A DNA stretch of 32,000 bases from an archaeon (GCA_041657425.1 JBBABY010000006.1:1-32000); one strand, 5' to 3'; positions 17,053-24,840 are shown, counted from the stretch's first letter. Numbers and translations: made by a program. Notes: a model not told the origin generated them from the sequence alone.

Positions 17053-18492
17053 ATGATTGCAGTAACAACGTGGGATACACTTTTTGAAGGAAAGTATGGC
17101 CAAAAGGAATTAACGATATTCTATAGTGATGATTATTTTGTTTCAATTCTTAGATTAAGAGATCAATCTAATGTTTTAATTCAACTATATAAAATCTTTG
17201 CAGTAAATGGAGATATAGAGATTTTTGCAGAAACTCTTCCAAACCAATGTATTGTTTATGAAAAGCATTTTGGTATTGGAGAGAATAACACTTATAAGTT
17301 TTTTATAGTAAATACAGAAACCGAAATTATAGATTCAACTCAAATTAATTATCATATAGAAAAAAAAATGTTACAATTAAATAAAGCTACTGGTTCAATT
17401 GTGTCTATAATTAAATCATATAATATTAAATTATTGTCTTTAAAGATGCTTTCTGAAGAAGTTAAGAATTTTTTCTTTTCAGATCCGTTCGTTATTAAAG
17501 TTTTAACTAATTCTCCAAACTCAATTGATTTTTCCACAATTTCTTCTGTTGATAAGTTATTACTAGGAAGAAAGAATGGAATAACAATAAATGCAAGTTT
17601 AGAAAATTTAAGATCAGTTCTTGTTATTGGCGGCCAAGAAGAAGACAGAATCTTTGCAATAAAAGTTATTGCTGAAAATTATCTTCTTTCTTCAAAGAAA
17701 GTCATTGTTTTTGATAATACAGGAGTTTTTAAAACTCTCTCTTATCCTCAACAAAAAGAAGAATTACTTCTAGCTTTTGAAATGAAAGTATCTCCATTTG
17801 GTTTTCCTTCAAACGTTATTGATTATTTTAAAATTAAATTGCCACTATCTACAATTCCAAAAATCGCATTTATTAGCATTTTTAAACTATCCGGGGTTTC
17901 TGAAAAAATAATTAATAAAGCATATACTGATAATCTAAAAACAATACAAGATTTAAAAAATAATGTTATTGCTTTAGATATTGATGACGAAATTACAGAC
18001 TTTGAAAAATGGAGGGTAATTTCTAAATTAAACATTTTAGAAGAAATGTATGGTAATTATTTTGGAGACACAAATCTTTCTATAATTTCTGAAGCCGCAT
18101 ATAAAAATATTGGATCTAGTAAAATCTTTACAGTTAACAAAAATGACCCTATGTATGTTTATTATATTTATGGATTAATTAAGCAATTATCCCAAGAAAT
18201 AAAAGAAGAAATTCTAATAATAATCCCTCAAGCAAATGAAATACTAAATAATGCAATAATTGGTGGAGAACTTTTAACCATCCTAAAAGAAAGTCCAAAG
18301 CTTAATTATTGTTTAAGTTCTGAATATGCAAATGATTTTATGGATAAAAATCCAGCAAATGTAACAATAGAAGTAATTTCTGGAAATGATGCAGTTATCC
18401 GTTACCCAGACAAAGACCCATTAAGGCTTTTTCTTCGTCCAACCCTGACAAGCAGTAACATAGAGATCAAAAAAGAAGAAAGCATAGTCTAA
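17053..18492 (+). CDS. HerA/DUF87-like P-loop NTPase paralogue with degenerate Walker A and Walker B (predicted catalytically inactive)
   Basis: It aligns by eye to the intein-containing ATPase in three places. LLGRKNGITINASL..VLVIGGQEEDRIFAIKVIAENY..VIVFDNTGVF matches VLGKRVLMDVS..VAIVCGKRGGGKSYAMSVLIEEF..VIVIDTVGIF. ILIIIPQAN matches IWMMIDEAH. LFLRPTLT matches IKIRPRLT. Confidence 0.55.
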   Translation: MIAVTTWDTLFEGKYGQKELTIFYSDDYFVSILRLRDQSNVLIQLYKIFAVNGDIEIFAETLPNQCIVYEKHFGIGENNTYKFFIVNTETEIIDSTQINYHIEKKMLQLNKATGSIVSIIKSYNIKLLSLKMLSEEVKNFFFSDPFVIKVLTNSPNSIDFSTISSVDKLLLGRKNGITINASLENLRSVLVIGGQEEDRIFAIKVIAENYLLSSKKVIVFDNTGVFKTLSYPQQKEELLLAFEMKVSPFGFPSNVIDYFKIKLPLSTIPKIAFISIFKLSGVSEKIINKAYTDNLKTIQDLKNNVIALDIDDEITDFEKWRVISKLNILEEMYGNYFGDTNLSIISEAAYKNIGSSKIFTVNKNDPMYVYYIYGLIKQLSQEIKEEILIIIPQANEILNNAIIGGELLTILKESPKLNYCLSSEYANDFMDKNPANVTIEVISGNDAVIRYPDKDPLRLFLRPTLTSSNIEIKKEESIV

Positions 18493-18681
18493 TTTTAAAA
18501 GTCCCAAAATTTGGTAAAAATCTTCAAAACCGAAACCTATATATACTAGAAAAAAGAATAATATTTATATAGGTTTGCTTTAAGTTTGTTTTTTAATGTT
18601 AATCTCGGTTGCAAGCACTATTTTTTAAATAAAAACTTAAGATAAAGTAAATAATAATAAAAACACAAAGGAGTGAAAAAA

Positions 18682-19587
18682 ATGGCAATGAAGTGTCCAG
18701 AGTGTGGAAAAGATAAAGTATATAAAGATCCAAGAACAGGAGAACTAGTTTGTAAGAATTGTCACACAATTATAAGTGAAGACATGGTTGATATGGGAAA
18801 GGAATGGAGAAACTTTGATCAGTCACCAGGTTCAGAACAAGCAAGATCAGGTTCACCAATGAAGTATGTTAAGATTAACAAAGGTCTTGAAACAATGATT
18901 GAAAGATCAGGAAGAGATCTTAGAGGAAATAAATTATCTTCAAAGTCAAGAGCACAAATGTATAGATTAATCAAGTGGCATAAGAGATCATCAATCTCAA
19001 ACTCTATGCAAAGAAATCTTTCAATTGCTTTAACTGAACTTAGAAGAATGGGTTCTTACTTAAATATCCCAGAGTCATTAATTGAAACCTCTGCTTTACT
19101 TTACAGAAAAACAGTTGAAAAGGGATTAATAAGAGGAAGACTAATTGAAGCAGTAGTTGCTGCAGTTCTTTATTCTGTTTGTAGAACATATAATGTTCCA
19201 AGAACATTAAATGAAATGGCAGAAGCAAGTGGATTAACAAAGAAAGAAATCGGAAGAACATATAGATTCATTGTTAAGGAATTAGAAATTGCAGTCCCTT
19301 TAACAGATCCAACCTATTACATCTCAAGATTTACTTCAGTTTTAGGTCTTTCAGGAGCTGTTGAAGAAAAAGGTAAAGAGATTGTTAAGAAAGCAATCAG
19401 TTCAGGGTTAATCTCAGGAAGAGGACCAACAGGCGTGGCTGCAGCAGCAGTTTACATTGCGGCTCTAATGGTTGGCGAGAGAAGAACTCAAAAAGAAGTT
19501 GCTAATGTTGCTGGCGTTACAGAAGTAACAATCAGAAATAGATATAGAGAGCTTAAGGCAAAGCTTAAGTTAAACATTGATGCTTAA
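18682..19587 (+). CDS. tfb: Transcription initiation factor B (TFB/TFIIB)
   Basis: N-terminal Zn ribbon CPECG...CKNCH, B-reader/linker, and two cyclin-fold repeats (ALTELRRMGSYLNIP, RGRLIEAVVAAVLYSVCR, GRGPTGVAAAAVYIAA). I prefer the ATG at 18682 (AAAGGAG upstream) to the GTG at 18673. Confidence 0.92.
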   Translation: MAMKCPECGKDKVYKDPRTGELVCKNCHTIISEDMVDMGKEWRNFDQSPGSEQARSGSPMKYVKINKGLETMIERSGRDLRGNKLSSKSRAQMYRLIKWHKRSSISNSMQRNLSIALTELRRMGSYLNIPESLIETSALLYRKTVEKGLIRGRLIEAVVAAVLYSVCRTYNVPRTLNEMAEASGLTKKEIGRTYRFIVKELEIAVPLTDPTYYISRFTSVLGLSGAVEEKGKEIVKKAISSGLISGRGPTGVAAAAVYIAALMVGERRTQKEVANVAGVTEVTIRNRYRELKAKLKLNIDA

Positions 19588-19614
19588 AATTATTTTAAGC
19601 ATTCTTTTTTTTTT
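19581..19614 (+). terminator. Hairpin plus T10 tract downstream of tfb
   Basis: tgcttaaaa-tta-ttttaagca forms a 9-bp stem spanning the stop codon. It is followed by ttc and ten consecutive T (19605..19614). Oligo-T is the archaeal termination signal. Confidence 0.5.
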
Positions 19615-19630
19615 AATTTAATCACAATCT

Positions 19631-19653
19631 ATTTATACTTATCGCCTAACAAT
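19631..19653 (+). promoter_or_regulatory. Putative promoter (TTTATA box) plus conserved downstream element, copy 1
   Basis: atttatacttatcgcctaacaat lies 64 nt upstream of the ATG at 19695. It matches 24841..24863 at 20 of 23 positions. Confidence 0.5.
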
Positions 19654-19694
19654 ATTTCTGTAAATAATTAAATAACTTTACAAAGGAGATTATT

Positions 19695-20648
19695 ATGCCA
19701 ACAATTTATAGAAAAATTAATAATGCGATTGCTTTTAAAGGGAAAATGGAAGATAGAATAGGTGCACGAGTTGACAGATATAGCCGTGACATTAGTAATA
19801 GAACGGAAGCTAATAAAGAAAGATTAGTTGATAGAAAATCCTGGAGGCCTTCAGAAAGAATAATTGATAAAAAAAGATTTACAACAGAGCATTTTATTTT
19901 AAATACAAGTATTAGAAATAAGGGGGATATCCAAAAGTTACATGTTGATTTCTTAGAATCCAAGCAAAAGGGAACTCAAGGAACAATAAGTGAATTAAAA
20001 ACATTATTTGAAAATCTTAACGAATATGGTAAGCAGAATAATTGTGAATATATAGATGGTATAACTTGGATCTTTGCAGAATATCCGTTGATTGCAAAGA
20101 GATTAGGTTTAACAATCGATTCAAAAAATTTAGAAGTGTATAATAAAATAAAAAGAGAAAATGGAGTATTAAAAGTATTTGGATTAGATAAAAATGTATT
20201 AAAAACATCTTGGTCTTCTGAAAAAGCATCAGCAAAATTAATTAAGGACCGCATAGATGGAAAATATGCTGACGGTGACAATGATTTTGACAAAGATTTT
20301 GATAGAACTTATGGTAAATCTGCTGTTTCAGCAATAAAAAAAGGTGCGGGCCCATTATGGGGAATGGCACTTATAAGTGAATCAAAAGCACCAGGTACTT
20401 CTGCAATTAAAGGCCCTACAAAACTTTTAGTAAAATCTTCATATAAAGTATCTAAAACATCTAAATTAACAATAAATAATACAAGAAATACAACTGTATC
20501 TGCAGATCCACTTCAAGCAACTAAAAACAAAGCAACATTAGTTATTCCAATGAAATGTTTAGTAAAAACAAAAGATGGTGGAACAGAAGTAAAAACACTC
20601 CGACTTCCAAAAGAAATGTTACCTTATTTTGCAATGAGGATTAAATGA
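19695..20648 (+). CDS. Hypothetical protein, 317 aa, basic, no recognised domain
   Basis: Long ORF with the SD motif AAAGGAG upstream. Its stop overlaps the upstream extension of the next ORF. Confidence 0.6.
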   Translation: MPTIYRKINNAIAFKGKMEDRIGARVDRYSRDISNRTEANKERLVDRKSWRPSERIIDKKRFTTEHFILNTSIRNKGDIQKLHVDFLESKQKGTQGTISELKTLFENLNEYGKQNNCEYIDGITWIFAEYPLIAKRLGLTIDSKNLEVYNKIKRENGVLKVFGLDKNVLKTSWSSEKASAKLIKDRIDGKYADGDNDFDKDFDRTYGKSAVSAIKKGAGPLWGMALISESKAPGTSAIKGPTKLLVKSSYKVSKTSKLTINNTRNTTVSADPLQATKNKATLVIPMKCLVKTKDGGTEVKTLRLPKEMLPYFAMRIK

Positions 20649-20662
20649 GGTGGGTGGGGATT

Positions 20663-21208
20663 ATGCCAAAACCAAAACCAAGAGCATTTTTAGCTTTAAG
20701 AAAAGCAATAACTGGGAAAAAAGCAACTCCAACAGAGTTAGGTTTCAAAAGAGATCTTCAAACAAGCAGATTAATTGATCCGAAGAAAAGTGCAATTCCA
20801 AAAATTAGAGAAAAGTCATTGAAACAAGAAGTGATAAGAAGAACAGATCTTAAAAAAAGACAATTAACTAATTGGATATCTAAATTAAATAAAGGATTAA
20901 GTGAATCTGGAAAAAAAACAAATGTTTCAGAACAAAAAGAATCTTTGTTTAGAGAATTATTTGATAAAGAAATTTTAATACATAAAAAACAGTTAAAATT
21001 CAATCACGTTTTGTTTGAAGAAAAATTAAGAGACGCATTTAATTCAAGATATTATTCAGAGTTACATAATACAATTGCTGCAACAGGTCCAGAAAAATTA
21101 AAAGATATAGAGTATTTGGGTGCAGAACGAATATTAAATTTTGTTTCAGTTAAATTAAAAACTCAAAAAAATATGCTGTTATTAGAAATAAAAAGAAAAA
21201 TGCGATAA
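20663..21208 (+). CDS. Hypothetical basic protein, 181 aa, with MPKPKPR N-terminus; paralogue of the 21511 ORF
   Basis: The ATG at 20663 is preceded by GAGGTGGGTGGGG. The track ORF starts at 20645. The C-terminal two-thirds aligns with 21511..21900 (LKKRQLTNWISKL / LKQRQLKEWVRKL; ESLFRELFDKEI / EKLFQELFKREI). Confidence 0.6.
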   Translation: MPKPKPRAFLALRKAITGKKATPTELGFKRDLQTSRLIDPKKSAIPKIREKSLKQEVIRRTDLKKRQLTNWISKLNKGLSESGKKTNVSEQKESLFRELFDKEILIHKKQLKFNHVLFEEKLRDAFNSRYYSELHNTIAATGPEKLKDIEYLGAERILNFVSVKLKTQKNMLLLEIKRKMR

Positions 21209-21510
21209 AATAAGAAAAAGTGAATAAAATGCAATAAAGTTATTATTGAAATTAAAGAGATTAATTAAAGGAAAATCATTAACCGTAAGTTAACTAGGTT
21301 ATAAAAGAATAAATGGGAGATTAACAAAACCAGGAACTGCAGCCTTCAATGAAAAAATAGAATTTACAAAAGAGGAAAAAAACAATAATTGACGCTTATA
21401 AAAAAAGGCAATCAGAAAATCCTACAGAAATAAATACTCAAAAAATAATTGATAGAAGAAATCAATTTAATAAAAAGTTAGATTTAATGAGCGCAGAAAG
21501 AGAATAAGAT

Positions 21511-21900
21511 TTGAAAAAATCAGAAGCGAGCAGATTGTCTGCGTTGAAACAAAGGCAATTAAAAGAATGGGTAAGAAAACTAGATTCTTTGTTAGCAGTT
21601 TCCAAAAAAGGAACAGTTCATGAGATTAAAGAAAAGTTGTTTCAAGAGTTGTTTAAAAGAGAAATTACTTCTATAAAAGTAAGTGCCGTAGATAGTAATT
21701 TACAAGCAAGACAATACAATTATTTGCACGAATTATTCACTTCTTATTTTTATAATCTATTGCATAGTTCTTTTGGTCCTACAAATCTTCAAAATATGAA
21801 TTCTAGAGAAGCGGTTGTTTTTATAGAGACAATTTCTAAAAAAGCAAAAAATAGAAAAGAAAAGATTTATAAGGAATTTAGAAAAGATTATTTGGTGTAA
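21511..21900 (+). CDS. Truncated paralogue of the 20663 gene (TTG-initiated as drawn; possibly the remnant of a pseudogene)
   Basis: 129-aa ORF homologous to the C-terminal part of the upstream paralogue. N-terminal-equivalent sequence lies upstream, interrupted by a frameshift and an in-frame TAA. Confidence 0.4.
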   Translation: MKKSEASRLSALKQRQLKEWVRKLDSLLAVSKKGTVHEIKEKLFQELFKREITSIKVSAVDSNLQARQYNYLHELFTSYFYNLLHSSFGPTNLQNMNSREAVVFIETISKKAKNRKEKIYKEFRKDYLV

Positions 21901-21920
21901 TTTTCTTTAATTTTTTTGCT

Positions 21921-21957
21921 AAAATGTATTACAAAGTATTACGTTTAAAAACATTTT
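21921..21957 (+). promoter_or_regulatory. Putative operator/promoter of the PIN-antitoxin pair
   Basis: The direct repeat gtattac occurs twice, 10 nt apart (21926 and 21936). It is bracketed by the inverted 7-mers aaaatgt/acatttt. The TATA-like tttaaaaa is centred about 25 nt before the ATG at 21973 with no SD, which suggests a leaderless mRNA. Confidence 0.35.
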
Positions 21958-21972
21958 GTTTCATATCTATTT

Positions 21973-22491
21973 ATGGCAAAGGTAAAAGTTAAACCAAAAG
22001 CAATAATAGATACTTCCTTTTGGATTCATTTAGTGAAATTAGATTTAGTTGAACAGTTTATACAATTATGGGATTTAATTGCAACAAAGAAAGTAGAAGA
22101 AGAATTGCAAGCTTTTACAAGAATAAAATTATATACTCCATTAGATTTAGAAACCTATAATGACTTAAAATCACAAGGCGCAATACAAGTAAAAGATCCA
22201 AAAAGTGTTCCAGGAAATATAAATAGTCAAATTGCAAATAATTCAGGGGAATTATTTAGTATAGCACTAGCAAAAGAATACAAAATAATTGTTTTCATTG
22301 ACAACGGAATTCCTTATGATTTTTGTAAAAGAAATCAAATACTCGCTGCAAACATTGTTGATTATCTAATGCGTCAATATGAACAAAAGAAATTTACAAA
22401 AGAACAAATTCTTCAAAAATTAATGATTTTAGAAAGCCTAAAATCAATGAAACTAAAATATATAGATAAAGCAAGAAAAGAATTAATGTGA
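21973..22491 (+). CDS. PIN-like nuclease domain protein (DUF3368-type putative toxin)
   Basis: AIIDTSFWIHLVKLDLVEQF..., VEEEL, GELFSIALAKEYKIIVFIDN and a C-terminal helical tail. The layout is typical of DUF3368 proteins that pair with UPF0175 partners. Confidence 0.55.
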   Translation: MAKVKVKPKAIIDTSFWIHLVKLDLVEQFIQLWDLIATKKVEEELQAFTRIKLYTPLDLETYNDLKSQGAIQVKDPKSVPGNINSQIANNSGELFSIALAKEYKIIVFIDNGIPYDFCKRNQILAANIVDYLMRQYEQKKFTKEQILQKLMILESLKSMKLKYIDKARKELM

Positions 22492-22496
22492 TATTT

Positions 22497-22907
22497 ATGA
22501 AAAAAGTAAAATATGATTGTGATAGAAAGAATGTTAAGACCTTAAGGTTAACTGACTCAATGGCCACCACGGCATATAATATTGCAAAAGAAGAAAATCT
22601 AACAGAGTCTGAATTTTTAAGAAAATTGATTGAAAAAGGATTAAAGGAATATAAACTGGGTATGGCTCTAAAAGCATACAAAAACAAAGAAGTCAATATT
22701 GCAGGCGGAGCAAACCTCGCAGGAATTACTTATAGAGAGTTTCTTGATGCCTTAGAAGAGTGCGGTATTCCAACAATAGAGGTAAGCCCTGAAACAATAA
22801 AATATGGTTTTGAATCCATGGAGAGATCTTTAGGTTTAAAACCAAAAAAAAGAGATTATAATAAGTTATTTGAAGATACATTTATTAATAAGGGGAAGAA
22901 AAAATGA
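22497..22907 (+). CDS. Putative antitoxin: ribbon-helix-helix-like N-terminus fused to a UPF0175-like HTH domain
   Basis: KTLRLTDSMATTAYNIAKEENLTESEFLRKLIEKGL is RHH-like. LGMALKAYKNKEVNIAGGANLAGITYREFLDALEECGIP is UPF0175-like. I prefer the ATG at 22497 to the overlapping GTG at 22488. Confidence 0.55.
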   Translation: MKKVKYDCDRKNVKTLRLTDSMATTAYNIAKEENLTESEFLRKLIEKGLKEYKLGMALKAYKNKEVNIAGGANLAGITYREFLDALEECGIPTIEVSPETIKYGFESMERSLGLKPKKRDYNKLFEDTFINKGKKK

Positions 22908-23815
22908 CTGATACTATTTATGATATTGCAATCATTGGTGGCGGGCCCGCAGGTTTAACTGCAGCGATCTATGCAGCAAGATATGGATTAAAAGTAATTG
23001 TGTTTTCTGATTCTTTTGGAGGGACAATTTCTTATGCTCACAAGGTGTGTAATTATCCTGGCTTTAAAGAAATTTCAGGAATGGAATGGTCAGAGAAAAC
23101 TCTTGATCAAGTTCAATCTCTTGGAGTAGAGGTTAATTTTGAAAAGGTTATGGATATTGATAAACAAGATAAAATATTTATTGTCAATTCAGATCAAAGA
23201 ACAGTTAAAAGTAAAAAGATAATTTTAGCTATTGGAAGAACAAGAAAAAAGTTAGGAGTAGAAAGAGAAGACGAGTTAGTTGGAAAAGGCGTAAGCTATT
23301 GTGCAACTTGTGATGGAGGCTTTTACAAAGGAAAAACTGTTGCAGTAGTTGGAGGCAGTGATGCAGCAGTTACTTCTGCTCTTCTTTTAGCAGATCTAGC
23401 AGATAAAGTTTATTTGATTTACAGAAAAGAAAAACTAAGAGCAGAGAAAGCTTGGGTAGATTTAGCAACAACTAATCCTAAAATAGAAATATTTTACACA
23501 ACAGAAGTTATAGAACTTCTTGGTAAAGAAAAATTAGAAGCAATAAAAACAAATACAGAAAAAACAATTTCCATAGACGGTTTATTTATAGAAGTTGGTT
23601 CTGTCCCAAATACTGAGTTATTAAGTAAATTAAATCTAACTCTAGATAAAAACAACTACATAGTTGTAGACAATAAGCAAAAAACAAACCAAGAAGGAAT
23701 ATTTGCATCAGGTGATGCCACAAATTCAACGGAATTAAAGCAAGTAATAACTGCTGCAAGCCAGGGGGCAGTAGCAGCCTACACTGCATATGTTGAAATA
23801 AAGGAGCGCATTTAA
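22904..23815 (+). CDS. trxB: Thioredoxin-disulfide reductase
   Basis: FAD motif YDIAIIGGGPAGLTAAIYAAR, redox-active CATCDG, NAD(P)H motif VAVVGGSDAAV and GIFASGDA. Its start overlaps the previous stop (ATGA). Confidence 0.9.
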   Translation: MTDTIYDIAIIGGGPAGLTAAIYAARYGLKVIVFSDSFGGTISYAHKVCNYPGFKEISGMEWSEKTLDQVQSLGVEVNFEKVMDIDKQDKIFIVNSDQRTVKSKKIILAIGRTRKKLGVEREDELVGKGVSYCATCDGGFYKGKTVAVVGGSDAAVTSALLLADLADKVYLIYRKEKLRAEKAWVDLATTNPKIEIFYTTEVIELLGKEKLEAIKTNTEKTISIDGLFIEVGSVPNTELLSKLNLTLDKNNYIVVDNKQKTNQEGIFASGDATNSTELKQVITAASQGAVAAYTAYVEIKERI

Positions 23816-23853
23816 AAACTAAATGAACACAGAATAATTAAAGGATAATAAAT

Positions 23854-24027
23854 ATGTCGCCATCAAAACCCAGAAAACCAATTGCAAATCCCATAATCGG
23901 AAAGTTTGGGCAAGTTTTCGTTACAAGAACTGCAAACAAAAAACCAACACAAAAGCAATTAACTGCCATTAGCAAATTACTTACAGATAAACCAGTAATT
24001 AAGAAAAGCCCAGCAATAAGAAAATAA
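23854..24027 (+). CDS. Candidate 57-aa Lys/Pro-rich basic protein (MSPSKPRKPIANPIIGKF...); competes with the antisense track ORF 23838..24032
   Basis: Co-directional with trxB, with AAGGA 8-9 nt upstream. The N-terminus resembles the MP(R/K)PKP micro-ORFs (KPR, PI[IW]G). The antisense ORF may be only a Phe/Leu-rich shadow of a Lys-rich frame. Confidence 0.3.
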   Translation: MSPSKPRKPIANPIIGKFGQVFVTRTANKKPTQKQLTAISKLLTDKPVIKKSPAIRK

Positions 24028-24115
24028 TTCATTTTTAAATCTTTCTTCTAAGAAATACCTTTAAATATAGTTTCTTTATTATATCTATATATTATTTCTA
24101 AAGAGGTATTAACAT

Positions 24116-24799
24116 ATGCCAGAAACTGATGCTAAATTATCTAAGTTATTTGATTCTTTAAATAAGAGTTTATATAAAACGAACAAGGTTGCAGAATTAT
24201 ACAAGCCGATGGCTGAAGTAATCTCTTCAATTGCTAATGATGTTAAAGAATTGGAAGATTTAGGCGAGAAAGAACCATTATTTAATTCAATAATTGAAGA
24301 AGAAATCAAAAGAAGAGAATTGATAACGCTTTATAAGAAAATGGTCACTTTAATGGAAAACTTAAAGGCAGAAGTTGATTCTTATGAAAAGGAAATTAAG
24401 ATTGGAGATGCATTCTTAGAAAAATATAGATGCTATAGAACTATTTCTTTTGAAAATCCAAAAAAATCAAGAGAGTTCTTAAAAAAGATAGTTGAATCCT
24501 TTAGTATTGAAGAATTTGTTCTAAAGTTCAATGTTATGGGAACAGTTGACTTAAGTAACATTGCAGAACACGTTCAAGGAAGAAAAGCAGGAATAGACAT
24601 TATTGTTCCAGCAACTAATATAGATTTAATATATGATGAAATATTAAAGTCACAGACAATTAAGTTTAGATTATCTTCTGAAAGTCTAGTAATCTATTTT
24701 GAGAAAGACACAGTGCTTCACTTAGAAGGTGCCAGTAAGAAGATAAAAATCTGTGATGTAGAATCTAAGAACTTTGGCGGAAAGCTAATAGACGAGTAG
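24116..24799 (+). CDS. Hypothetical protein, 227 aa (N-terminal coiled coil, C-terminal mixed alpha/beta region)
   Basis: ORF with an AGAGG-like motif upstream. No recognised catalytic motif. Confidence 0.6.
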   Translation: MPETDAKLSKLFDSLNKSLYKTNKVAELYKPMAEVISSIANDVKELEDLGEKEPLFNSIIEEEIKRRELITLYKKMVTLMENLKAEVDSYEKEIKIGDAFLEKYRCYRTISFENPKKSREFLKKIVESFSIEEFVLKFNVMGTVDLSNIAEHVQGRKAGIDIIVPATNIDLIYDEILKSQTIKFRLSSESLVIYFEKDTVLHLEGASKKIKICDVESKNFGGKLIDE

Positions 24800-24829
24800 T
24801 TTTCTTAATTTTTCTTATTTTATTTTTTT
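24800..24829 (+). terminator. T-rich termination region after the 24116 gene
   Basis: ttttcttaatttttcttattttattttttt begins immediately after the TAG stop. Confidence 0.4.
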
Positions 24830-24840
24830 AATAAAAACCA

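Noticed and set aside
18533-18576. 11-bp AT-rich stem (aaacctatata / tatataggttt) with a 22-nt loop, downstream of the 17053 gene and upstream of tfb
   Set aside because: It is composed almost entirely of TATA-like sequence. It is probably promoter or terminator-associated low complexity rather than a structured RNA. It may contribute to termination, since a T-rich tract follows, but the evidence is weak.
18673-18681. GTG start (MKK) for tfb, and similarly the GTG at 22488 for the antitoxin gene
   Set aside because: ATG codons 9 nt downstream are better placed relative to SD-like purine runs. The GTGs overlap the SD or the preceding stop codon.
19588-22907. Idea that the orphan genes plus the TA pair form an integrated mobile element or provirus
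   Set aside because: There is no integrase, transposase, capsid-like or replication gene. No flanking direct repeats or tRNA-adjacent att-like duplication are visible. Composition looks similar to the flanks by eye.
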